IMG/VR virus record: IMGVR_UViG_3300027741_000253
Span: 1 to 25,308 of that record
Reading direction: 5' to 3' (one strand)
DNA length: 25,308 bases
Origin: a virus
Lineage: Duplodnaviria > Caudoviricetes
The notes below the pieces were generated by a model. It ran no database searches and was not told where the DNA came from. It was given only the letters and a program-made list of their open reading frames with translations. Shown one piece after another: positions 16,573 through 24,703 of the stretch (its first letter is position 1; each line of letters opens with the position of its first letter). The position numbers and the translations under genes were made by a program.

Positions 16573-17319
16573 ATGAAAGCACTTATAGATGGCGACATTG
16601 TGGTTTATAGAGCCGCAGCGTCAGCAGAAGATGCAGAGCAATGGGTAGCCCTAGCTAGAGCAGACAAGCTTATGCAGGACATCCTAGAAGACACACAAGC
16701 AGACAGCTACAGTGTGTACCTCACAGGAGCAGGTAACTTTCGTAGAGAAATAGCACCTAGCTACAAAGCACACCGACCTGAATCTAGACCACAACACTGG
16801 CAAGCAGTCCGAGAGTTCCTAATAACACAACACAAAGCAGTGATGTGTGATGGGTTTGAAGCTGATGACCAGTTAGGCATAGAACAAGACAAACATGGTG
16901 GCTCTACAGTGATTTGTTCTATCGACAAAGATCTACTCCAGATCCCGGGCAAGCACTACAACTTTGTTAAGAAAATCTTTCGAACTGTTACACACGATGA
17001 AGGCATTAGGTTTTTGTACATGCAAAGTCTTATTGGAGATCGCAGTGACAACATCATTGGTGTTCAGGGCTTAGGCCCCGTTAAAGCGGATAACGCTTTA
17101 AAAGGACTGCTTCCAGAAGAGTACTACGACAAGTGCAGAGCACTGTACGATGACGACAAACGGTTCCACCTCAACATGCAATTGCTTTACATCTGGCAGA
17201 AGCCTAACGATATGTGGCAACCGCCAACAGCTCCGCGAAGCGGAGATCCCACAACACCCGGGTTGTTCCCCACGGAACAACACGGCAACACAACCACAAA
17301 ACAGGAAGCGGCAACATGA
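16573..17319 (+). CDS. 5'-3' exonuclease / RNase H (T7 gp6-like, FEN family)
   Basis: LIDGDI, NFR...YKAHR, EADD, SIDKDLLQIPG, GDRSDNI.G..G.GPVKA. Confidence 0.92.
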   Translation: MKALIDGDIVVYRAAASAEDAEQWVALARADKLMQDILEDTQADSYSVYLTGAGNFRREIAPSYKAHRPESRPQHWQAVREFLITQHKAVMCDGFEADDQLGIEQDKHGGSTVICSIDKDLLQIPGKHYNFVKKIFRTVTHDEGIRFLYMQSLIGDRSDNIIGVQGLGPVKADNALKGLLPEEYYDKCRALYDDDKRFHLNMQLLYIWQKPNDMWQPPTAPRSGDPTTPGLFPTEQHGNTTTKQEAAT

Positions 17320-17507
17320 AAAAGTACAACGTAAACATGCTGTATGAAGTTTGGATAGAACGTACTGTAGAAGCAGAAGATGAGATTGCAGCAGAAGCTG
17401 AAGCTTGGAAACAAATGCACTTGGAAGAAGGAAGTGATTGGCTTCACAATGGAACTTGGAAAGATATTTATGTAACTGAACCCAAAACAACAGAGGAAAC
17501 AACATGA
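17316..17507 (+). CDS. hypothetical protein (63 aa)
   Basis: ATGA overlaps on both sides; starts MKKYNVNML. Confidence 0.75.
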   Translation: MKKYNVNMLYEVWIERTVEAEDEIAAEAEAWKQMHLEEGSDWLHNGTWKDIYVTEPKTTEETT

Positions 17508-17704
17508 TTAAAGATCTAAACATGCAGCATTTATCTATGAAAGAGTATGTCTGCATAGCTTTGCTTACAGAGTTTGCTACTAAAGATGGGACTTTAGAAA
17601 TGCTTGCTATCAAAGATATTACTCCGCAACAGGTGATCCACACTTGTTTTGATTGGGCAGAAGTGTGGATGGAAGTTCGTGAGGAGCGTAATGCCAAGAC
17701 CTAA
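17504..17704 (+). CDS. hypothetical protein (66 aa)
   Basis: GAGGA RBS and ATGA overlap. Confidence 0.75.
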   Translation: MIKDLNMQHLSMKEYVCIALLTEFATKDGTLEMLAIKDITPQQVIHTCFDWAEVWMEVREERNAKT

Positions 17705-18092
17705 ACGACATAACCCAGCAGGCTACCGCAGTGGTTTGGAATCTAAATTCCAAGCAGCTACAGCAGCCAAAGGCTGGACGTTAGGATACGAACAAGACAA
17801 AGTTAAGTACGTCATCCCAGCAAGCAACCACACCTACACACCAGACTTCACTGTTACTAAGAACGTCTACATAGAAACCAAGGGACTGTGGACAGGAGCT
17901 GATAGGAAAAAAGCTGTGTTGATTAAACAACAACATCCAGAGATTCAGATCCTCTATGTGTTCCAACGTAATCAGGGGCTGTCTAAAAAAAGCAGCACTA
18001 CATACCTAGATTGGTGTGCTAAGAATGGTCTAGATGCTTGTGTGTTTACTAACACAGAGCACTGGTCTAACTACATTCTAAAGCATCTGTAA
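17691..18092 (+). CDS. endonuclease I-like Holliday junction resolvase (T7 gp3-like)
   Basis: YRSGLE, YTPDF, IETKG...DRKK PD-(D/E)xK motifs; ATG 17691 with GAGGAG RBS. Confidence 0.9.
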   Translation: MPRPKRHNPAGYRSGLESKFQAATAAKGWTLGYEQDKVKYVIPASNHTYTPDFTVTKNVYIETKGLWTGADRKKAVLIKQQHPEIQILYVFQRNQGLSKKSSTTYLDWCAKNGLDACVFTNTEHWSNYILKHL

Positions 18093-18099
18093 AAGCAAC

Positions 18100-18267
18100 A
18101 TGACTATCAAACAACCTAAACATAGCAAGTACTACCAGTCAACGGAAGAAAGACTTGCTAAGAAAGATTGGAGCAATCGGAAACAAACTAACAAGCAGAA
18201 GGTGTTGCTAGACGCTAAGCGTAAAGCACAACAGTACAAAGACTATTTAGACGAAGAGAGAAATTAA
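18100..18267 (+). CDS. small basic protein (55 aa)
   Basis: Not in ORF track; fills the gap up to the next start; MTIKQPKHSKYYQSTEERLAKK... Confidence 0.6.
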   Translation: MTIKQPKHSKYYQSTEERLAKKDWSNRKQTNKQKVLLDAKRKAQQYKDYLDEERN

Positions 18268-18468
18268 ATGAAACTTTATAACGTTCCACGTAATAGCAAA
18301 ATTTTGTTAAATGATGGTTTAGTTTTGAACTTTCACCATGTTGACGGAATGTACAGTGTGTGTACAGATGACAACGGAGAAATTTTTCATATTAGATCAG
18401 TTGAAGAAGTTGAAATAGTAGAAGAAAACAATGAGAGTAAATCAAGAGCCGAGGATTGTAATGACTAA
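18268..18468 (+). CDS. hypothetical protein (66 aa)
   Basis: Abuts the previous stop; MKLYNVPRNSKI...FHHVDGMYS. Confidence 0.75.
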   Translation: MKLYNVPRNSKILLNDGLVLNFHHVDGMYSVCTDDNGEIFHIRSVEEVEIVEENNESKSRAEDCND

Positions 18469-19027
18469 AGACGAAGCATTGAATCTGGCGTTTGATGCGT
18501 TGTCGGATTTTGATTATGAAAAACGATTGACCGCCCTTACCGCCATCAAAGCAGCCCTAGCACAGCCAGCGCAGGGATGGAAGTTGCGCGAGGTTTACTT
18601 TGATGAACATGGAGAGCCGACCATGCACAAAGAACCAGCGCAGGAGCCTGACCGCCAAACATTGCAAGCAAATGGAACGCACCCAGCACCATGCGCCCGA
18701 CACTGCGAAGCACAAGCCTTCAAGGTTGAGATACGGAATCTGAAGGCGCAGTTGGCACAGCCAGCACAGGAGCCTGAAAGCGAATGCAACTTTGAATCAG
18801 TATACCAGCGCGGCTATTTGGATGGCATAGGGCGTGACTGCCCCCACTGCAAAGACTATCGGGCTATGTACATCAAGGTGCGTGATGAGCTTGCAGCAGA
18901 GCAGCAAGTTACCCAGCGCCCGTGGGTAGGGTTGACGGATGAGGAACGCCGAGTATGTACGCAGTCGCCATTTACAGATGAAAACTACCGAGACCTTGAA
19001 GCCAAACTCAAGGAGAAGAACACATGA
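18461..19027 (+). CDS. mosaic phage protein with AQPAQEP linkers
   Basis: MTKDEAL...AIKAALAQPAQ...WVGLTDEE...EAKLKEKNT; GAGGA RBS before ATG 18461; more G/C-ending codons than the core genes. Confidence 0.8.
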   Translation: MTKDEALNLAFDALSDFDYEKRLTALTAIKAALAQPAQGWKLREVYFDEHGEPTMHKEPAQEPDRQTLQANGTHPAPCARHCEAQAFKVEIRNLKAQLAQPAQEPESECNFESVYQRGYLDGIGRDCPHCKDYRAMYIKVRDELAAEQQVTQRPWVGLTDEERRVCTQSPFTDENYRDLEAKLKEKNT

Positions 19028-19233
19028 CTTTGGAGGAATTTTCTATGAAAGCGGGAGTATCCCTTGTTCCGTGCGATCCTGATTGGGGTGGACGCATTGC
19101 ATATAAGACGGACGACCACCCGAACATGACTACCTGCGGGTTTAACACTCGCAACGCAGCATACAAACATTGGCTTGAAGGTACGTTCGGAAAGCAAACC
19201 GCTAAGGCGGTATTTAAACTTTTGAAAAAATAA
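19024..19233 (+). CDS. hypothetical protein (69 aa)
   Basis: AAGGAG RBS and ATGA overlap. Confidence 0.75.
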   Translation: MTLEEFSMKAGVSLVPCDPDWGGRIAYKTDDHPNMTTCGFNTRNAAYKHWLEGTFGKQTAKAVFKLLKK

Positions 19234-19265
19234 AAACACAAAGACGATAACTTAGAGAAGAACAC

Positions 19266-19379
19266 ATGATTGACTGTAAGACCTGCCAGAAAACTACCTG
19301 CGCCAAACAAACGGCAAAGCAAAAAATTATTGTGTTGTTTTGCAGTGGATACAAACTCAAGGGGCGCAATCATGGATAA
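19266..19379 (+). CDS. small Cys-rich protein (37 aa)
   Basis: Not in ORF track. MIDCKTCQKTTCAKQTAKQKIIVLFCSGYKLKGRNHG; start lies in the repeated GAGAAGAACACATGA junction. Confidence 0.5.
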   Translation: MIDCKTCQKTTCAKQTAKQKIIVLFCSGYKLKGRNHG

Positions 19380-19450
19380 AGATATTGATGCAAGCAAGGG
19401 CATCGGTTATATGCAGCCATACCCAAACTATGTTTGTAAAAAGGAAACGA

Positions 19451-19711
19451 ATGTATAGCTATAACAAACAAGTGCGTCAAGTACTACGGGATAACCCTGA
19501 TGGCCTTAGAGTAGCTGAAATAGTAAAGCTAATAAATGCCCCAGAAAACACTGTTAACAGGTTACTAAGAACAATGCCCGACACTTACATTGACCGATGG
19601 GTGTACCGTGGAACACAAAAGTATCTTAGTGCTGTCTGGTGCGTTGTTAATGTTCCAGAGAATTGCCCCAAACCAAAGGATATAGAAGATGATGCTTCCA
19701 ATAGGGACTGA
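19451..19711 (+). CDS. winged-HTH-like protein (86 aa)
   Basis: AAGGA RBS; PDGLRVAEIVKLI...TVNRLLRTM; ATG 19451. Confidence 0.7.
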   Translation: MYSYNKQVRQVLRDNPDGLRVAEIVKLINAPENTVNRLLRTMPDTYIDRWVYRGTQKYLSAVWCVVNVPENCPKPKDIEDDASNRD

Positions 19712-19898
19712 ACTGAAAGTATGTAACGACATAGCTATGAGGCAAGCTAGAGGACTTGTAAAATATGGAACCACTGTGGCTGACAACCCACTAGTGCTAC
19801 GGGAATGGTTACAACACGCTTATGAAGAGTGTTTAGACCAAGCAATTTATCTACGACGAATTATGGAAGAAATAGATGGCCCAGAACAACTCACCTGA
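19689..19898 (+). CDS. small all-alpha protein, possibly nucleotide pyrophosphohydrolase-like
   Basis: R..RG..KYGTT...WLQHAYEECLDQAIYL contains an EExxD motif as in MazG-like folds. Confidence 0.6.
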   Translation: MMLPIGTELKVCNDIAMRQARGLVKYGTTVADNPLVLREWLQHAYEECLDQAIYLRRIMEEIDGPEQLT

Positions 19899-20058
19899 CT
19901 TTGCTACTTGGAGCAATAACAACCTAATTAACTTCGCAAAAGAAGCTAATGATCGAATGAAAGAACAACAAGAAGCAATAGAGCACCTTAAAAAAGACCT
20001 CAACTTTGCTATGAAAGAGCTTAGAAAAGTTGCTTTTTTACAACATGACTATGCGTAA
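19876..20058 (+). CDS. hypothetical coiled-coil protein (60 aa)
   Basis: Overlapping start; PDFATWSNNNLINFA followed by heptad repeats. Confidence 0.7.
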   Translation: MAQNNSPDFATWSNNNLINFAKEANDRMKEQQEAIEHLKKDLNFAMKELRKVAFLQHDYA

Positions 20059-20118
20059 CACACCTAGTGTAAGATGTTTTTGCAGCAGTGGTTGCTGCGT
20101 TTAATTTTGGAGAACAAC

Positions 20119-20451
20119 ATGCTTTTTACCGTTACTGTAGATTTGAATGAATTTGGTCACTTCCAATTCTCTACTCCCTCTTTGTTCCAACTTGCAGAAA
20201 TTGCACAGATGCTTGGCAGCACTGAAGTTGAAGACGAAGAAGATGTGGTTGTCCCAGACGAAATTGCTCAATACTTTGAAGAAGGCGTAGAGTACGCTTA
20301 CGACGAAGACGCTGAGTGCTTTTGCTGGTACGATGACGAGCATGATGCTTGGTACTGGCTGGACGAAGAGTCTGGTGAATGGCTCTTGGCTGAAGATGAA
20401 GACGAAGATGAAGACGAGTCTGAAGACGAAGACGAGGCTGAAGAAGCCTAA
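20119..20451 (+). CDS. highly acidic protein (110 aa), DNA-mimic candidate
   Basis: GGAG RBS, ATG 20119; about 42 D/E residues and no K or R. Confidence 0.8.
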   Translation: MLFTVTVDLNEFGHFQFSTPSLFQLAEIAQMLGSTEVEDEEDVVVPDEIAQYFEEGVEYAYDEDAECFCWYDDEHDAWYWLDEESGEWLLAEDEDEDEDESEDEDEAEEA

Positions 20452-20514
20452 TTTGGGTACGATCCTACCCAATACGGGGATGTTCTTAGCAACATCCTTC
20501 TTCTGCCCTTACGG

Positions 20515-20558
20515 GAACAAAAGGCTGCTATATGTAATGTATAGCGGCTTTTTTGTTC
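20515..20558. terminator. bidirectional intrinsic terminator between the convergent arms
   Basis: GAACAAAAGGCTGCTATATG-taa-TGTATAGCGGCTTTTTTGTTC, with A and T tracts flanking the stem. Confidence 0.75.
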
Positions 20559-20559
20559 T

Positions 20560-21513
20560 TTAGAGGCCACCTACATTAATCACTTCACCACGGAACTCAA
20601 TCTGCCCATCGTCCCATTTGTGGACAAGTTCAGGCCAAAGCAGCTTACCATCCTTGATTGTCAGTACGGCAAAACCGGAGCGATGGTTTAGTGGGCTACC
20701 TTCAGAGTAATCAAATTGGGGGCCATAAGGTTCTGCAAGAGTACCTGTGTCAACACCAAATCTATTGCCGTTGTAGTCTGCAAACGGTGTTACTTTAAGG
20801 CTATGTAGGTGTCCTGTAACAATAGATTTGCCTGCATTGACTGTATTGTTGTGGGCAGCATGGACACCACCTTTGTAGCGATGCTTGACAATAATGTCAT
20901 TTGTTACCCAAACAGACATACAAAATGACCAATTCGTCAAGTGGTCTTCTAATCTAAAGCCGGGAGTCTGTACGTATTGGGGAGCATTAGCTGCTAGACG
21001 CATTTCAAACCTAGCGTCATGGTTGCCCATTGTGTACATGAGTTTAGCGTTGTGTCTACTGTTCTTAGTAACTTCTGCTATCTCACCAAGAGATTCTTTA
21101 CAAGCGTTTAGTTCATCAATGACGCTGGGTGTACGAACCCAGCCCAAAGGAGGATGGCGAGAGATAGATGCACCATCAAAAGCGTCGCCATTGCAAATAA
21201 CTGCTTTAGGTTGTAGCTTTTTAATTGCCCACAATAATCCCTGAAAAGCAGTAGTCCGTATCCCAGGCCAGAAATGAGCGTCAGAAAAAACAATAACTGT
21301 GCCATTCTCAATTCCTAATTCATGTTTGGGAGCAGGTGGTGACCACGTTTTAACTTCTTGGTGACTAGCTAGACTAACGTTGTATTTTTTTGCTAGATGA
21401 TCTCTACGTCTATACACACCACGGACTTGTAGGCCAGTAACTGCTGCTAACTTAGCAGGAGATTTGTGGGTCTTCCAAAGTTCAATAAACTCTTGATCAG
21501 AAATAACAGCCAT
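20560..21513 (-). CDS. calcineurin-like metallophosphoesterase with N-terminal HTH-like domain
   Basis: SDAH, GDAFD, GNHD, H and GHLH motifs; AAGGAG RBS before ATG 21513. Confidence 0.9.
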   Translation of the reverse strand: MAVISDQEFIELWKTHKSPAKLAAVTGLQVRGVYRRRDHLAKKYNVSLASHQEVKTWSPPAPKHELGIENGTVIVFSDAHFWPGIRTTAFQGLLWAIKKLQPKAVICNGDAFDGASISRHPPLGWVRTPSVIDELNACKESLGEIAEVTKNSRHNAKLMYTMGNHDARFEMRLAANAPQYVQTPGFRLEDHLTNWSFCMSVWVTNDIIVKHRYKGGVHAAHNNTVNAGKSIVTGHLHSLKVTPFADYNGNRFGVDTGTLAEPYGPQFDYSEGSPLNHRSGFAVLTIKDGKLLWPELVHKWDDGQIEFRGEVINVGGL

Positions 21514-21561
21514 AGATAGCTCCTTATGTACAGACCCTAAACGTAACACACTTTAGTTACA

Positions 21562-22056
21562 TTATTGTGTGGGTGTCGATTGATGAAGAAGGCTATCTTT
21601 ATTTTGGCTAGAGGCACTAGAGCCAAAGTAAAACCCTATGATGCCAGTCCAAGCTGTGCCAAGACTACCAAGCATGATGTCAATCTGTGGAGCATGTTGG
21701 ATCTGACCGTACATTAAACCAAACAAGATCCCAAAGAAACCAACAGTTACACCAATAGCCAAAGCCGGTGGAATAAAAGAACGAGTAACAGACTGCATAT
21801 CACGAGCAGATTTACGATCATCGTTGGCTAACTTGGCAAAATCTAAACCCATTTGTTGGGCTTGTTTTTTAAGTTCTAGTTCAGCAAGTTGTATAGCAGC
21901 AACTTGAGAAGCATCTAGTTTGCCGTTACTAATAACACTCTGCACTTCTTCAGGAGAACAACCAATAGCTTTGCTAACAGCAGACACAGCCATGCCAGCA
22001 AGAGGGCCACCAAGAGCCGTAGCAATAGTGGGAGCAATTTGTGCAAGCCAATCCAT
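21562..22056 (-). CDS. holin-like membrane protein (3TM holin type)
   Basis: APTIATALGGPLAG N-terminus, DRKSARDMQ, two C-terminal TM helices ending FYFGSS; lysis cluster; GGAG RBS before ATG 22056. Confidence 0.7.
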   Translation of the reverse strand: MDWLAQIAPTIATALGGPLAGMAVSAVSKAIGCSPEEVQSVISNGKLDASQVAAIQLAELELKKQAQQMGLDFAKLANDDRKSARDMQSVTRSFIPPALAIGVTVGFFGILFGLMYGQIQHAPQIDIMLGSLGTAWTGIIGFYFGSSASSQNKDSLLHQSTPTQ

Positions 22057-22057
22057 G

Positions 22058-22528
22058 TTAGTTATCTCCAATAAAAGTTATTGTGAACCAAGCAGACAGT
22101 GTGATTATTAACGCAGCAAGAATAGTGACAAGGCCAATCGTAATGATTTGACCAATCTCTTTTTTACGTTTCTCTGCTTTCTTTTGTAAAGCAATTTCTT
22201 CTGCTTTACGTTTGGCAATTATGTCGTTACGTTCTTTAAGAACTGCATACCACACTGGAGCATTGCCAGACCATATCAACATCTCTTTGAGTTGATTCTC
22301 AGCATCGTTAAGCTCCTTTAAGTGCATCACAGTTTGTAATGCCTTAGAGGTATCTGACTGAGCAAAGCTTTTAGGTTGTGCGGCTACTTTGGCGATTTGA
22401 TCTTTGCAATCAAAGAACTTCATCATATCGCCGACAATACCGTTTACATCTTTGCCTGCCTGTATAACGGCTTTAGCCCCCGCTATTGCGGCTTGTGCTG
22501 TCGCAAATAACGTTATGGGGTCTAACAT
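22058..22528 (-). CDS. membrane-anchored coiled-coil protein in the lysis cluster
   Basis: MLDPITLFATAQAA N-terminus, coiled coil, single C-terminal TM helix. Confidence 0.75.
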   Translation of the reverse strand: MLDPITLFATAQAAIAGAKAVIQAGKDVNGIVGDMMKFFDCKDQIAKVAAQPKSFAQSDTSKALQTVMHLKELNDAENQLKEMLIWSGNAPVWYAVLKERNDIIAKRKAEEIALQKKAEKRKKEIGQIITIGLVTILAALIITLSAWFTITFIGDN

Positions 22529-22529
22529 G

Positions 22530-22973
22530 TTACGCCGTCAAAAACAAAGTTTGTTCGGCAACACGACGGTTATGAAGACCTGCGACGGAAACACCGCCAA
22601 CTTTATCCCACCTAAGGAACTGCTCACTAGCTCCTTGTATGTCGCCAGCGTTCAATAGCTTAAGCAGGGTAGAGTTTTTAAAGGCGGTGACACCAACATT
22701 GTACGCAAAAATAACTAAAGCATCAAACTGATTTTGAGTAATGTCTCTAGTAACAGCAGCGTTAACACCTTTAACAGCAGTGCTTACGTCATTAATTAGC
22801 AGCTCTGTAGCTTTAGTAGCATCAATGATGTCACCATTGCCACCCACACCATCACCGGGAACAATCAAATGACCATAACCAACAGTCATCTTGCCACCAG
22901 AGTCAGCATAAGGTTTAGCACGGAACCCTTCTAGGGCCTTAAGTTTTTCTACACCATTGTTAGAGAAGTTCAT
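22530..22973 (-). CDS. endolysin, phage lysozyme (GH24)
   Basis: E-x8-D-x5-T triad (EGFRAKPYADSGGKMTVGYGH), QFDAL..F.YN.G, GL..RR..E. Confidence 0.93.
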   Translation of the reverse strand: MNFSNNGVEKLKALEGFRAKPYADSGGKMTVGYGHLIVPGDGVGGNGDIIDATKATELLINDVSTAVKGVNAAVTRDITQNQFDALVIFAYNVGVTAFKNSTLLKLLNAGDIQGASEQFLRWDKVGGVSVAGLHNRRVAEQTLFLTA

Positions 22974-22985
22974 GTTGTTCCTTTG

Positions 22986-23375
22986 TTAAGCAACGCTAGT
23001 AATAATACCTTTTACAACAGTAACTGTAGTTCCTGTACCTGTTGTAAATGAGCCAGTATATCCAACCGTATCAATAGTCACAGAACCTGTGCTACTGGAT
23101 GTAGAAATGCGAGTGCTACCAGTTAAAGACGTAACACCTCCGTTAGATATGATGATGTCTCCAGTGGGCTTAGATACATTAATGCCCGTACCAGCAGCAA
23201 CAGACGTTACCCCCAGATTGACACCAGTGATAGTGCCGCCTGTGATGTTTACGTTGTTAGAGTTTTGAGTAGCTAGATCTCCAAACACTTTGTTACTAAG
23301 TTTTTGAAACCATTCTCTCCAAACAAAACTTTCTCCAATTTTGTCTTGGGGAATAGGAGTTGTTAGTCTTTGCAT
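22986..23375 (-). CDS. short Gly/Thr-rich fibre-like virion protein
   Basis: WREWFQKL followed by GVTS(V/L)xxG repeats; AAGGAG RBS 8 nt before ATG 23375. Confidence 0.6.
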   Translation of the reverse strand: MQRLTTPIPQDKIGESFVWREWFQKLSNKVFGDLATQNSNNVNITGGTITGVNLGVTSVAAGTGINVSKPTGDIIISNGGVTSLTGSTRISTSSSTGSVTIDTVGYTGSFTTGTGTTVTVVKGIITSVA

Positions 23376-24703
23376 TCGCAATACTCCTTGTCTGAATAGC
23401 CCATCTTTTTAAGCTCTGGCAATTGTTTTTCTAACCTGCATCCAATGTCAATGCGATAGCCAATGCTGTTGGGGATGTTAATTTTCTTTTTCAGAGTCTT
23501 GTAGCACGCATCACGAGCGTCTTCAACAGTCTCACCAGTACCAGTAACAATGCAGACGTAGTTGCCAGCAGTTACAAACTGCTCGTGTTTAAGTTTGACC
23601 TTGCCATCAACCATAGCAGGAGCTACACCGCGCTTGACGTAAGCAAGGTGGACGTTCTTAATAACATCCTCATCAGTCAAATCAAACATGGGATAGCCAG
23701 CATGTTCATCTTGAGGCACACCTTTGTTGTGTGGGTATGGGGGCATAGACACCACTACACCACAGGCAATGTCTTTGCTAACTTTCAGTGTGTCTTTACC
23801 ATCAAGCATGTCCAACATCCACTGAGCTGGATCACCTTTGTGCAAAGCTTGTTGGATCATAAACAAGGGCCAACCCGGGCGCATAGTGAACTCCAAAGGC
23901 CACGGAGTACCCTTGTCATCAATGATGCAGTTGACATCAATGTAACCAGTGTAGCGCAACCCATGCAGGTAACCTTCCAAGGGCTTAAGAACTTTGTCAG
24001 CCAATAACGAGTCTTCTACATAGTAAAGAATGGTTCCTTCTTCACCAGTAGAGACACCCAAATCACCAGCTAACAGCTTCTTGAACTCATGGTTAATACA
24101 TAAATGCTTAGAGAAACCGCCAGTACCAAACCAACCACCGACAGCAATTTCAATTCCCCCATGAAACTCCTGAAGAATAAAAGAGCCTTTGTACGCATTT
24201 GATTTCTTCCATTTCTGAAGCATAAACACCATGTCAGCAGGAGATTTAGACACGTAGCTTAAAGCCTTGTCACCATCACCCAAAGGCTTAGACACATACC
24301 GTTTGTTGTTCTTAATAACAAATGCAATCGCTTCATCGTAGCTCTTGAACTCTGTAGATGGGATCACCGGGATACCAGCACGTTCAAAAACATCTGCACC
24401 ATGTTGTCGGTCTTGTTCCCAACGATTAGTGTCAATGCTAGGCCCAATGATAGGATAGCCTTTGTCTCGATAGCGTTCTAGTTGGTGAATGTACTTGGTG
24501 TTGTCTGTACAGAAGATTAGGTTAGCCCAGTTCATGTGAGCTTCCCAATCATTGACACGGGTAATCAAACCACCATCACCAACTTGAGAACGAGTACCGT
24601 CAGGGTGGTTACGGATGTAGCATTTGACTATGTGACCATAAGCTTGGCAACGAAGAGCAAAGTCTAGGCACACACTGCCTGCGTCAATAATTAAAATGTT
24701 CAT
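23363..24703 (-). CDS. PurD (GAR synthetase)-like ATP-grasp ligase
   Basis: IIGPS...EQDR, AGIP, VSKP, ILQEF..G.E, KK...GDLG..TGE.G, Y.G.IDVN and LEFT.R.G.P parallel the PurD motifs. Confidence 0.8.
   Translation of the reverse strand: MNILIIDAGSVCLDFALRCQAYGHIVKCYIRNHPDGTRSQVGDGGLITRVNDWEAHMNWANLIFCTDNTKYIHQLERYRDKGYPIIGPSIDTNRWEQDRQHGADVFERAGIPVIPSTEFKSYDEAIAFVIKNNKRYVSKPLGDGDKALSYVSKSPADMVFMLQKWKKSNAYKGSFILQEFHGGIEIAVGGWFGTGGFSKHLCINHEFKKLLAGDLGVSTGEEGTILYYVEDSLLADKVLKPLEGYLHGLRYTGYIDVNCIIDDKGTPWPLEFTMRPGWPLFMIQQALHKGDPAQWMLDMLDGKDTLKVSKDIACGVVVSMPPYPHNKGVPQDEHAGYPMFDLTDEDVIKNVHLAYVKRGVAPAMVDGKVKLKHEQFVTAGNYVCIVTGTGETVEDARDACYKTLKKKINIPNSIGYRIDIGCRLEKQLPELKKMGYSDKEYCECKD

Noticed and set aside
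20391-20445. GAAGA(C/T) hexamer tandem repeat
   Set aside because: Simply encodes the poly-Glu-Asp tail; not CRISPR or an independent repeat
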